64,000 nt of DNA from Selaginella moellendorffii (GCF_000143415.4 NW_003314392.1:341334-405333), one strand, 5' to 3'; counted from the first letter of the stretch, positions 34,365 to 48,150 are shown. The notes: generated by a model not told the origin, from the sequence alone. Made by a program: numbers and translations.

Positions 34365-36562
34365 TGGGATTGATTCATTATTTGCAGTGTAGCTTACGAA
34401 CAAGGCCACGGGCAAGGCCTTTGGACCTGCAAGTTCTACAATGAGTTGAAATCTAGTTCATTGGAGAGATTGATTGTGCATGTAGGGAGGGTACTGGGGG
34501 AAGAGATTAAGGTTTGCTGCAATCAAGTGCCCTTGAATGTGCTCAATGAGATGTGAATGAAGTTCTTCAGTGATTATCATCACTGTGAACCACCACAAAA
34601 AGATGATCTTGTTGTCTGCACTGCAAATGCTTAGTATGTGAACATCAACGGCGAAATTTTCAAGACTCCTTTCTAGAGATCAGCTTCTACTACCTGCCCA
34701 CCGATTGTGAGTCATGGAACATTTTCATTTCTACTGGGTAGTAATGCTCCAAGTCAACAATCCTTGGCTGTGACAATGGATTTTGCTGCTTCGAATGATA
34801 ATAATGCAGCAAATGCCTAGACAGGGCAAGCATTCTCTGGAGGACTTTCTGGCAGGCAACAACGGAGCAACATGTGAGGTCTTATGAATTTTAGTGGGGG
34901 GGACACAGCTGGGCCTAGGCATAGCTGCTGGCAGACAACAAAGTCTACATACAACATGGCAAAATCGGAGCTACATTGATGTAGATGTTGCTGTTCGTAG
35001 GTTCATTTATGAAACTACACAAACCTTCAATGTTGTGAATAGCTTGTACTGGAAAGAGATGCTCAGCACTGTAGGGAAAGCTGATCCAGACTACTTCTCG
35101 GTGTATGTAAAGTATGAAGCAATCCAGGTGAAATATTTGAATGAGTATGAAAGCTTGAACTCAAGGCTAGATGTTGTGTGTGAAGGTTGGAAGCAATTTG
35201 GCTGCATGATTGTTATTAATAGCTGGCAATGCTCAAGAAAACAAAGCATTGTGAATGTGATGGTGGTGAGCATTAATGGATCAGTCTCATGGAGGTTGGA
35301 GTATGTGGTTCAAATGATCACTAATAATGGCTCTAACTTTGTTTGCATGGGGGATTTCATGGAGGAGGAGTTTCTAAAGATTGTTCATGGCAAATGTGTT
35401 TGCCACTGCTTGAGCCTCCTTTTGAAGGATATCACTAACCTTGATTGGGTTCAACTTTGTGTGAGTGGTTGTGAGAAGATTGTCAGTTTTATGTTGAAGA
35501 AGCCAAGCCTAGTTATAACTGTAGCACACTCTATCTTTCTCCCCTTAAATCAATTGAAAAAAGGGCAATTGCTTGATGAGAGAGCCCTTAGTAGCTATTT
35601 TATCCCCATTTATCCCCAAGGTTCCAAAGATTCACAGTGACAGTATATCCAAATCTCATCTCATGATCACATGCGCTACACTCACCCCCCCTTGAGAGAT
35701 GTCAATGTCTTCATTGACTATTGATTAACAGCCTCTACTAAGCCAAGGGGAACCAACACCTCCATTTCTGCACTGAATTTATCAATCCTTCTATTGTGTA
35801 GATTAGCTATTCTATATGAGGCAACTAGTCATCCACCCATATTGCAGTCCCACAATGGATACTTTCGTTTGTGGATACTCCACACAAGAGGAAGAACATA
35901 TGCATGGATGCCTAATATGTACGATTTCAAATTTAGCGTACCCATGCCATTTGCTCTAATACTATATGTAGCACACTTTATCTCTCTCCCCTTAAGCGGG
36001 CAATTGCTTGATAAAAGAGCTTTTAGTGGCTATTTTATCCCCATTTATCCCCCAAGGTTCCAAGGATCCATGGTGACAGTATATCCAAATCTCATCCCAT
36101 GATCACATGTGCTACAATAGCATTCCAGAAAATCACCCCTCAAGAATTCATCAAACCAGTATCAATTAAATTTGTATACAACTTCATAGTGATGAGCTCC
36201 TTGACTAAACTGGATATGCTCAAAGCTTTGCAACAGTTTGTATTATCAGATGTATGGTACCAAAACTGGGATAAGTTGAGTGAAGCTTCAGTAGTGAAAG
36301 TCCTGATTCAGAATGGCAGTTTTTGGCATTGTTGTGTTGAGGTTTTGTTGGTGATCGAACCAATTTTGAAGGTTCTGAAGTTGGTGGATCGAGAAGGAGC
36401 AACCTCAGGGCTTCTATTTGAGGAGATGGATCGAGCTGAAGAGGCTCTTCAAGTTTTGGTTGTGAACAAGATGGTTGCTAAAAAAAGGATTAATGCCATC
36501 AAGCATTTCGTCTTTGAGTTGAGATTTCATGCTTCAATGTGTGATTCTCTCTTCAACAACCA
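34365..36562 (+). mobile_element. hAT-family (DUF659) transposase remnant, copy A, interrupted by a TRIM
   Basis: RFIYETTQTFNVVNSLYWKEML, WKQFGCMIV, IVNVMV, VVQMITNNGSN, CVCHCLSLLLKDI and PILKVLKLVD. Confidence 0.8.
35520..36116 (-). mobile_element. TRIM (terminal-repeat retrotransposon in miniature), complete, 597 bp
   Basis: Direct repeats 35520-35680 and 35967-36116, both tgtagcac...gctaca. Degenerate Met PBS (tagtattagagc, minus) at 35953-35964. PPT (ctcaagggggggtgag, minus) at 35681-35696. TSD ataac/atagc; the empty site gttatagcatt is present in the inverted hAT copy. Confidence 0.88.
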
Positions 36563-36685
36563 NNNNNNNNNNNNNNNNNNNNNNNNNNNNNNNNNNNNNN
36601 NNNNNNNNNNNNNNNNNNNNNNNNNNNNNNNNNNNNNNNNNNNNNNNNNNNNNNNNNNNNNNNNNNNNNNNNNNNNNNNNNNNNN
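36563..36685. other. Assembly gap (N run)
   Basis: Run of N characters. Confidence 0.99.
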
Positions 36686-38410
36686 TAGAAGCCTTGAGAT
36701 TGCTCCTTCTCGATCTACTAGCTTTAGAACTTTCAAAATTGATTCCATCACCAGCAAAACCTCAACACAACAATGCCAAAAACTGCCATTCTAAATCAAA
36801 ACTTTCACCACTAAAGCTTCGCTCAACTTATCCCAGTTTTGGTACCATATATCTAATACCACAAACTGTTGCAAAGCTTTGAGCATGTCTGATTTAGTCA
36901 AAGGGCTCATCACCATGATGTTGTACGCAAATCTAATTGATACTAGTTTGATGAAGTCTCAAGGGGTGATTTTCCAGAATGCTATAACCAAGTTTGGCTT
37001 CTTCAACATGAAACTGACAATCTTCTCACAGTTGCTCACACAAGGTTGAACCCAATCAAGGTTAGTGATATCCTTCAAGAGGAGGCTCAAGCAATGGCAA
37101 ACACATTTGCCATGAACAATCATTGGAAACTCCTCCTTCATAAAATCCCCTATGCCAACAAAGTTGGAGCCATTATCAATGATCATTTGAACCACATTCT
37201 TAACTCCAACCTCCATGAGAATAAGCCTCAACTTCGAGAGACTAGTTTTCTTCTCCTCCAATGGATCAAATAATTTCAGAAACACTGATCCATGAATGCT
37301 CACCACCATCACATTCACAATGCTTTGTTTCCTTGAGCATTGCTAGCTATCAATGACGATCATGCAGCCAAATTGCTTCCAGCCTCGAATTAAAGCTTTC
37401 ATACTCCTCATTCAAATGTTTCACCCAGATCGCTTCATACTTTAGAGACACCGAGAAGTAGCCCAGACTAGCTTTCCCCACAATGTTGAGCATCTCTTCT
37501 CAATATGAGTTGTTCATAACATTGAAGGCTTGTGCAGTTCAGTAGATGAATCTGCAAACAACAATATCCACATCAATGTAACTCTAGTTTTGCCATGTTG
37601 TATGCAAGTTTTGTTGTCTGCCAGCAGCCATGTCCAGACCCAGTTGCGTCCCCCCAATAGGACTTGACATGTTGCTCCGTTGTTGCCTACTGGAAAGTCC
37701 TCTAGAGAGTGCTTGCCCTGTCTGGGCATCTGCTGCATTATTATCATTCGAAGCAGCAAAATCTATTGTCATAGTGAAAGATTGTTGACTTGGAGCATTA
37801 CTACTTGGTGGAAATGAAAATGTTCCATGACTCAAAATTAGTGGGCAAGTAGTAAAAGCCAATCTCTGGAAAGGAGTCTTGAAAATTTCTCTGTTGATGT
37901 TCACATATTGGGCATTTGCAGTGCATATAGCAGGACCATCTTTTTGTGGTGGTTCACAGCGATGATAATCACTGAAGAACTTCGTTTGCATCTCATTGGG
38001 CACATTCAAGGGCACCTAGCTGCAGCAAACCTCAATCTCTTCCCCCGATACCCTCCCTACATACGCAATCAATCTCTTCAATGAACCAGATTTCAACTCA
38101 TTGCAGAACTTGCAAATCTAGGGGCCTTGCCCGTGGCCTTGTTCGTAAGCTACATTACAGATAGTGAATTGATCCCACAAGGAGTTTTGTCTTTTCCCTA
38201 AATGATCAGAAAAACTGGCCCAGCGAGCCATTGCACCAGCAATTACCTCCTGCCCTCTGAAAGAAATGTAAAAGATTGTAAAAGATTCTGATTTAACTTG
38301 GAATATTCGTTTAACTTGGCAACCCTCTGCAAACTGAACGTGAACGCGGATGGGAATGCCCATTTGCAAACGAGGTTTTACAAATCAAAGGTGTTTTCCA
38401 GTAAGTATGG
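36686..38410 (-). mobile_element. hAT-family (DUF659) transposase remnant, copy B, inverted relative to copy A
   Basis: Its reverse complement aligns with 33067-33300 and 34256-36420; VKNVVQMIIDNGSN, CVCHCLSLLLKDI. Confidence 0.82.
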
Positions 38411-38491
38411 TAGATACTTCTTGTTCGTTGATGGAACTAGACTTGTGGCCTGAAGCATTGTTGGAAGCACGCTTTTCTTGTTCGGTTGAAG

Positions 38492-38664
38492 TTCATGCCT
38501 TCCAGATGTGTGGAGGATTCAAAGGGCAGCATGGAGGTGGACTGGTGTCCCAATCCCGCTGCCAATCCAGAAGAGTACCGGGTGTATCGGCATTTGAGAA
38601 GGGAGATATACAAGCTGGTGGAGCTTGGAGCGACCGGGGGATTGCACTGCCCCTTTGCAGAATA
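38492..38664 (+). pseudogene. 3' part of the mpaB-like oxygenase paralog
   Basis: aagggcagcatggaggtggactggtgtcccaatcccgctgccaatccagaagagtaccg...gcatttgagaaggg..tacaagctg closely matches the C-terminal coding strand of 51190-52233. Confidence 0.88.
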
Positions 38665-39234
38665 GAAAAAGGAAGGAAGAATTTGCTGGGGGTCCAACCG
38701 GGGTCATTCGGAGTGTAAGCTTCAGCATCGTAGTTGTAAAACAATGTTAAAACTACACAAATTATAAGGTAATCGTTCAAAGTCTGAGCACCTGGAGTTC
38801 GAGTACTTAGCTATCACTAGCCAAGCATTGTCTTCTTAAATAGTGGTCAACCTGTGCAGGCTGCAAGAGAACACAGTTTGGATTTCCCTTCCATGCATCT
38901 GGAAATTCGGGTTGTCTGTGGAATCACTTGCTGGTCGTAAGAAACATCCAAACTTCCAAGTGATAGTCTTCCCAAGTTCCATGGTAGTTCACCCTTGAGT
39001 ACGGAGATCACCAGCGGCTGCAATTAGCGAGGAGATGCCAAAAATCAGTGATCCAACAAAGATCTCATTCAACCACGTGTCATGAACAGCCTACGTGGTC
39101 CCAAAATACGTACACAATTTTTCGTTTTGCATGCAGTTAACTACTTGTCTCTTTATCAAGCTTCTTTTATTTACGAAAGTTATTATCAAGTTATTACCCT
39201 GATGTTTGTGCATTCTATTTTGAATTGAGATCGG

Positions 39235-39292
39235 CTTGAACTCGGGCCACTGGGTTTAGAGTCCAGTGTCCAGACCACTAGACCATAGGCCT
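39235..39292 (-). pseudogene. 3'-truncated tRNA-Gln-derived pseudogene with CTA anticodon
   Basis: Minus strand aggcctatggtctagtggtctggacactggact-CTA-aacccagtggcccgagttcaag. Homology to 7937-8008 stops in the T loop, and the acceptor stem cannot form. Confidence 0.82.
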
Positions 39293-39571
39293 TAAGTATG
39301 TAAGGAAAACGTTGGACGGAATAAGAGATGTTATATAAGATTTTATGCTTAGACCACATATAAAAAACGTTAAAACATGTACTCTCACTGATTCAGCATT
39401 AGCTGCACCACCATTCAATCGATAAGATCGATCAGATCCAGCATTGGCCCAGTCACTGGATACCAGCTGTGCGAAGTATCTGTTGTAAGTTCTAAGAACA
39501 AGCAAATTGCGAGAGCTTACCCATTTTTATCTTTTGATTTTAGCTTCACTTGACCTTGGCTACGTGAGCGT

Positions 39572-41089
39572 TCACTGATCCGGGAAGAACACACTGGTGG
39601 AAAGATTAAAAAAACGTCTCGTAAGAGTATTTTGCAAAAAAATGCTTACCTGCATGTGTTCTTATACAATATCTCCGCGATGCCATTCGCGTCCTCGACT
39701 TTACGAAACCCAGCGATCACCTCAAAGACTTGCCTGCAAAGTTTTCAAAGAATTGAATCGAAGTAAACTGGAGCCAAGTACCTAATGTGGCATGGCTCGT
39801 TCCTCGATTTCACAGTCAAATGTTCTTCGTGACGCTCTTTCTTTTTTGACACCCAGTGTGTGATGACGTGCTCCACACCAGCGTGAGCTGCTTTGATCTC
39901 GCAGTATGGCGAATCCGTCTCGATCATCATTCTCTCCACAGGAATCCCAGCCATTACATCCAAATTTTCCTTCGTCTTTAGCGAGCATCCATTGATACCT
40001 TCGGTGAAACAGTGAGAACACGAAGTAATAGTTTGCTAGTCCGTCACCTATATAGAGCTTTTCAAATCCCAAAAGCCTGTCTCTCTCCTCGGCAGTGCCA
40101 GTGAATGAATGCACTACTCCTGCCGGAAACCTGTTAAGAATCTTAAACTTGTTCTACCTATAGATGAAATCTAGAAAAAAAAAAGGGAAGAAACTTGGTC
40201 ACATACCTTTGCTGATTAGCTTGCATTATTTCGCAGAAATCCGTGGCAGCAGCGCGCATGTGTAGAAACATTGGAAGCCCTGTTACTTCCGCCAAATAAA
40301 ACTGCTTCTCAAAGTACCTGAAAACCATAAGTGGCATTTCTGTTTTTCTAAAAAGGAAGACAAACCTGCGCTGAACATCAGCTGGACAAAATTTCAAGCG
40401 ATCGTAGTCGAGACCACACTCCCCAATCGCCACCACCTGAAAACACAGCCTCTAAGATAAATGTAATCGATATAAAAAAGCTAGCATACCTTTCCTAGGG
40501 AGCAGCCATGCCTTGCAAGTTCTAGTAGATCCTTTAAATGTTTTTCCGGTTCTCCCCGAGCCTCGAATTCCTATGCACCGAAAGGAAATCGATGAATCCG
40601 AAAAAGAAGTCCCATACCTTGCATCGCGTTGGATGAACTCCTACAGTGCAAAAGAGCCTGTCTGTAGAGAACAGCATCCAAGCTCGAGAGTTCGAAAGAA
40701 GAAAAGAACAAAGTACCATCTGTCTGAGCAATCTCCAAAGCTTGCTTCGATTCCTCAAGCGATCCTCCGGTCACCTAAAACATTTCTCGATTATATAGAC
40801 AAGAGAACTTCTCTCCGCTTACAATGATTCGATCGACACCAGCGTTCCAAGCTCGCGACAAAACCATTGGCAAGTCAGCTGGGTGATATTGCTTCCCATT
40901 GTACATCCCTTTAAACATATCATCTACGAGAGAAAACGAGGTCACTCTTCTCTCGGATTTTCACTAGCAAGTACCTGAGAGATTGGCGCCAATGTCTGCA
41001 TTGTAGCTAGATCCAAGGCTGAGATACTAGGATTTCGACAGCAAATCCAATGTCTTACCGATGAATCGCAAGCGCTGCGCCATCGCCAT
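39572..41089 (-). CDS. tatD: TatD-related DNase (TATDN1-like), multi-exon
   Basis: [75 protein letters not shown] and VFFPDQ*, with GT-AG introns. Confidence 0.93.
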
Positions 41090-41163
41090 CCTCGCTTCGT
41101 CCCAACTAGCCTAGGGCTTTGAGCATAGAAACTTCTTTAACGTTTAAAATTCTTTGCTCTTCG

Positions 41164-42321
<1,158 letters not shown>

Positions 42322-42681
42322 GATCTTGGCCTAGAAGTCTCGAACACAAATCGATCGCTTATAAAGCTTGCGCCGCTCAAACGTGTGGCATGGATTGCAT
42401 CACGAAAAGCGAGAAAGAACATCGCGGAAGACGGCTCGACAAGGAAAGACGATCGAAAGGAACGCGAGAGATGAAAAAAAAGGCGAACTTTGACACGATC
42501 TATCGATTTATTACAAAGCTGGCGCCAGTAGCTAAGTCACGAGCAAGCCAAGAAGAGCTTTTGTCGGCACGATAGATCAAAGAGACGAATTCCTCAAGAG
42601 AAAGAAAAGAGAGAGAGCTCACAACCCACACGCATCAATCAATCCCATCCCACCTATTTGATTCGCTCTTTGCCGCTGCTT

Positions 42682-43011
42682 TTAGCATTTGAATCCCGGC
42701 GGAGCTTTCATCTTGCACGTCTTGACGTAGTTCTTCACCGTCTGCTCGCTGGAAGCCCCCGTCGCGGACACGATCAAGCGGCACAAGCACTCGAGCGCCA
42801 TAGCGCGCACGGCGACGCAGCATTGCGAGCTCGGCGTGCTCATCACCGTGCCGCCCTTGACACAGGGCAGCGACTTGTAGAGAAAATCGGACTCTTCGCA
42901 GGACGAGGCCAGAGCTCCCACATTATGGGACGCGATCGCCGGCGCCGCCGCGAGGAGCGCAAGGATCACTGCCACTGCCACTGCCACTGCCACTCCAACA
43001 GCGTTGCCCAT
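42682..43011 (-). CDS. Non-specific lipid-transfer / prolamin-superfamily 8-Cys protein
   Basis: Signal peptide and the pattern C-X11-C-X13-CC-X9-CLC-X21-C-X9-C. Confidence 0.85.
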   Translation of the reverse strand: MGNAVGVAVAVAVAVILALLAAAPAIASHNVGALASSCEESDFLYKSLPCVKGGTVMSTPSSQCCVAVRAMALECLCRLIVSATGASSEQTVKNYVKTCKMKAPPGFKC

Positions 43012-43214
43012 CTTGCCCTAAAATAAATCCAACTGACACGTTTCTCACACGTGGCGCTCAAACGGGCGGCCCCGATCGAGCGTGGCGGATCCGGCGACTG
43101 GGACGACTAGATGTACGAACGTACGGCAAGGGCAATTCGAGAAAGGAAAATTAAAAAGCCTTCTTCGTTCGTCGGGGTAGCGCCTTGTTCTTCGATCGAT
43201 CGCGCGCTCCATCC

Positions 43215-44273
43215 ATGGCGACGACGGGGATGAATCACATGCAGGCCAAGCTTGTAAGTAGAATTGCTGTCGCGAATTCGATCCCTCCCGCGGAGGCGCC
43301 CTGGATCCATCGCGCTCTAGATTAGGGTTTCCACTGTTGGTCGTGCGCTGAGATTTTGCCATGGCGCTTCCAGGTGCTGCTAGGGGACATGGGAGCTGGG
43401 AAATCCAGCCTGGTTCTCAGATTTGTCAAGGGCCAGTTCTTCGATTACCAGGTGTGGAAAAGAGGATGTGAAATGGGTGATTTTATCGTGGTTTTTACGG
43501 CAGGAGTCGACGATTGGAGCGGCATTCTTGACACAGACGTTGGCCGTGAACGAGACGACTGTCAAGTTTGAGATTTGGGACACGGCGGGTCAAGAACGCT
43601 ACCATAGCTTAGCTCCAATGTACTACCGCGGTGCTGCCGCGGCCATTATTGTTTATGATATCACAAACGCGGTAAGTTTGCGTTGTAGCTAACTTCCATT
43701 CTCTTCCTCTTTGCTGATGAAACTTTGCTTTCTTGCCACCAGGAGTCCTTTGCGAGGGCCAAAAAATGGGTCCAGGAACTTCAGAGGCAAGGTGAGAACG
43801 ATCGACACGTATCTCTTTCTTTCTCTCGTGTTTATCTCGTTGGTGGTTTTCAGGAAATGCCAACCTCGTCATGGCTCTTGCTGGAAACAAAGCCGATTTG
43901 GCAGCAAAGCGTAAGATCGAGACGCAGGTAACGCGGCGTTTACTTATAACCGCAATTGACAATCTCGGTCGTGTCATACAGGAGGGACAATCCTACGCGG
44001 ATGAAAACGGGCTCTTCTTCATGGAAACCTCTGCAAAGACTGCCGAGAACGTCAACGAGCTCTTCTACGAGATTGGTAAGTAAGCTGTTTGCTTTCAAAG
44101 CTTGCATCGATCGCTGTTTGCTTTCAAGCTTCCGTCCCGCCTAACGCGTTGGTTCCTCTTCTCTCTCTTTTGCAGCCAGGAAATTGCCAAAAGCACAGCC
44201 GGCTCAACAAAACACTGGAATGGTTCTCACCGACAGACCGATAGAGACTAAAAAATCCGCTTGCTGCAACTAG
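43215..44273 (+). CDS. RABF2: Rab5-type small GTPase (RabF2 clade)
   Basis: [74 protein letters not shown] and a C-terminal SACCN prenylation motif. Confidence 0.95.
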
Positions 44274-44419
44274 AAATCATCGGAAATCTTATATATTTGT
44301 GTCCATTTGGTGGACTCCCTGCACTGTAAATAAAAGGAAGACAGGAGGAAACAATGGTGAAGTGCTTCATCCCAGTGATCCTTCCCTCTGGCCTATAAAA
44401 TGGAAGCGTGCGTACCTTT

Positions 44420-47400
44420 CTACCTGGTTCTAGTGTCCGAAATAATGGCCGACCCAAAACCATTTGCTGTCGGCTTGAAGCCGTTCACCCAGTTCGTGTT
44501 GTCCGAGTGGGTGCCGTCGGCCTGGTCGTCTCTAAGCCTAACGAGCGATGGTACAATTCCCTGACAATACCTTTGCCACAAGGTACGGTAGGCCGCTTCC
44601 AAGCCTTGGACGAAGCTCGGGCCATTGCAAAGTTGGGACTTGAGCATCCTGTCCCGGAGTCCAGTCCTCAATGCCGAGAGCTTTGAAACGTCCGAAGCTA
44701 AGTCCACAGCTTTCTTCACGTACTCGTCTTCCGTCCGGGCGATTAGATTACACAAGCCTGCAGCAAGACAAGACCAGCCAGAGTCAAGAGTGAAGAGAAT
44801 GGCAGCTTTGTTATGCACTTACCGACTTGGCTCAGTAACGTAACACCCACATTGTTTGCATGGACCTTGCCTGCCATTGTAACGCACGGTATCCCCATGT
44901 AGAGCGATTCGCAGGTGGTCGTGGTACCCGCGTATGGAAATGTATCGAGGCTGTAGATAGAACAGTGAGTTCGAGTGATGCAAGGGATATGAACTTGGAT
45001 ACCTGATATCCATGAACGAATACGCCTGCATGTGGTCGTGGTTTAACAGAATGAGAGGCAATAGATCAAGCCGCATCGGTTGCACGCCCAGCTCCTCGAA
45101 TTTGGCAAGAAACTTGTCCCTTATTCCGTCACAACAAAATGGCTTGCACTTGACAACTAGTCTGGCTGTCGGAACGGCACAGAGTATCCTGGCCCAAACA
45201 CGAACAACCCGAGGAGTTATCTGCTTAGACGAGGATAGTTTAGCACGGAATGACGAGGAATCCGAAGCTTAGTTACCTTCGCTAGATTATTAAAGCTTCC
45301 GAAAGTGACAAAACCGTTTGTCAAAGCCGGGGCTTGAACGATTGGGCCTGCTTCGGCAGAAGGTGTGTAGCATAAAAAGCATCCCGGCAGCCTAACAAGT
45401 TCCTCTACGTGCCTGCGAATCTCTCACGGTTTAGCGCATTTGAGATTTGCGAAGGAACTTACCTTTGTCTGGTATCTGGCGGATCAGCCAATGAATCTGT
45501 AAATCTGTAATCAATTGTGGCTAGCCCAGTTGTGTTTGGATATCCTATCCAGGTGGCCTGTGCACAGGAGTTAGCAGTTCTTCTGTCTACGAAGCGACAC
45601 GCTTACCTGAAGAGGAGCCGGACGACACGCCATAACCCCGAGCTTATTATTTGCCGTATGCCCAGTAAGTTCTACCAAGATATCCACGTTATCTTCTCTG
45701 ACAAGAGCTGCTACTTTCTTCTCGTCGATTCCATAAACTTCCTTCCACATACCACCGTTTTTCAACACAGCGTCCTTAAAGCGTTGTGTTTTAGCGTCTG
45801 CCTGGGAACATTGCGAATGTTAGCACTGGAGTATCAAATTATGCTTCAAAATTACCTTGACGACTGCAGAATACACGACAACCCGGTAGTTACTATAGTC
45901 ATGGTGCATAAGCGGGGCTTCTATAAAATAAGAGACAGAATGGGTGAAGTAATCGGGTGAGATGTATCCTATGGTTAGTGGTCTGTCAGGTTCCTTGGAA
46001 TTGCTCCAAGTTGTGTATGGAGAATATAGACGCAAAAACCGCTTGCCCCAGTCTCTGGAAAACATCAAAACGTGAAGGGACAAAATGTTCACGAAAGAAC
46101 CTCAAGCAATCACCTTACTCTACCTGTGAGCATGGTATAATTTATCTTCATCCTCATATATGTAGTTCATTGCCAATAAGCGGTTCTAAGCGGACATAGC
46201 AATGCCGTGTTAGTTGCAGCTTGTATAAAAAGTGATTGTGCAGACCTGCCCGGCGTTCCGAGAGTCCGAGTCTATACGCAAGCAACGTTCGTAAGCCTCA
46301 ATTGCAAGATAAATATTTCCGGCATCTCGATGCAACACACCTGCAGGAACACTCATTCTAGAAAAAAATTGCAAGCATTTAAATCAGCGCACCGAGATTG
46401 TTATAAGCCTCTGCATACGAAGGGTTTGCGAGGATCGCCTTTTCGATCATTGCCGACGCAGAGTCCATCTTTCCCTGAAACAGAGCACGTGAAACGACCT
46501 CCGGTGTCTGAAAGCCAAGATCAAGTACCTGGACGGTATAAACGACGCCAAGGTTGTTGAGAGACTGGGAAAAGTCGGGTTTTATTGTAAGAGCCATCTG
46601 CATGCACACGATTGTTTCAGCGGTTTCTTGTACAGAAAAAAACACGAAGGACCTGATAACATTCGACGGCTCTGTCCAAATTGTCCCTGTCCTTGTAAAT
46701 GACTCCTAAGTTATTACATGCTTCCGCACACTGAGGGTTGAAATGCAACGCCAGTTCGTACATCACGACTGCCTGCACGCGCCATACGTTAGCGTGATTG
46801 AAACAGAAATTACGCACGCGGGATTACCATGTCGAATTTCAGCATTTCCCCGTACGCAACACCGAGGTTGTACATCGCGTCGGCATAGTGCCAGTTATAG
46901 AGCAAGGCCTTTTTGTAATAAGCAACGCCTTGATGGATGTTTCCCTCAAGCTTCACCTGATGTGGTCACCATGTTTGACTTTCTGAAAGCAACTGGAAGT
47001 TTACCTTAGTGCCAAGATCTGTCAGCGCGATCGCCATATTGTTCTTTGCGATTTCAAAATTTGGAGAGACAGCCAAGCACCTGCACACAAACACGTGGAA
47101 AACTATATCAGCGAACTGTAGAAGCTTTTCAAAAGCAACACCTCTCGTAGCAAGCGATTGCCGCATCTAAATCTCCCCGGTTCTTATAGATGACGCCCAT
47201 GTTGCAGTATGCTTCGGCATACATGGGCCTGTGCGCCGCGGCCTTCTCGTAACAGTTCAAAGCTGTGTCATACTGGAGCATCTCCGAGTAAACGACACCC
47301 AGGTTGTAAAACGCCGGCTGCATGGCACGAGAATCTTCGCTTGCTTAGTTCCACACGCAAAAGGATGGAAGAGGATTTACCGCGTACGTAGCATCCGCTC

Positions 47401-48150
47401 GAAGCGCCTCAAAGTACTTTTGCATACCATCGTGGACGTTCCCAGACAACTTCAAGCTGGTGCCAATGTCAGTCAAGACAACCGCGAGGCTTTCCAAGGC
47501 TGGTTTGTACTTTGGGTCTGCCTGGAGCGCTTTTTGATAAGCCTGCGAAGATACAAGAGAGAAAATCCATCTAGTTTGCGAGCAAAACGAGCAAAGGATA
47601 CACTCACCTCGGATGCTTCGAGCAGATGGCCCTCTTCCTTGTAGAGAATGCCGCATTGCGTTAGGGCTCGAGCATTGGAAGGATCGAGCTTGAGCGCCGA
47701 CGCGAAGCATTCCAAGGCCTGGCGCGCATTACCTTGCATCTGGAGGCAAACGCCCTTGCTGACCAGCGCCTGGACGCAGCTCGGCTCCGCCTCGAGCACG
47801 CTCTTGTACAGCAGCTGGGCATCCGCGAACTTGCTCCTCGACAGCAATATTTCGGCATAGGCAAGGGAATCCTTAGCTGGAGCTGCCGCTGCCGCCGCCG
47901 CTGCTGCTGGAATCCTAGCACTTGGAGCGTCGTCCTCATCGATCGCGGGCGCTGGAGGCTGTCGTCGCTTACTCTGCTGATGATCCAAGGCGCTGGACGA
48001 AGAATCCCTATCTCGAATGAGACCTATGACCGCGGCGCCCGAGGAGGAAGAGGAGGAGCACGAGGAAGAAGCGCTAGGGCTGGAAGAAGCTCCTGCTAGT
48101 GCGGAAGAATGAGAAGGCGGCATGGCCATAGCCTTGCCTTGCCCGCCCAT
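44420..48150 (-). CDS. SPY: SPINDLY protein O-fucosyltransferase (TPR repeats plus GT41 domain), multi-exon
   Basis: TPR exons ([40 protein letters not shown]), [57 protein letters not shown] and [18 protein letters not shown]. Confidence 0.96.

Noticed and set aside
39235-39292. Functional amber suppressor tRNA
   Set aside because: The acceptor stem and 3' T-stem are missing and the anticodon stem is mismatched.
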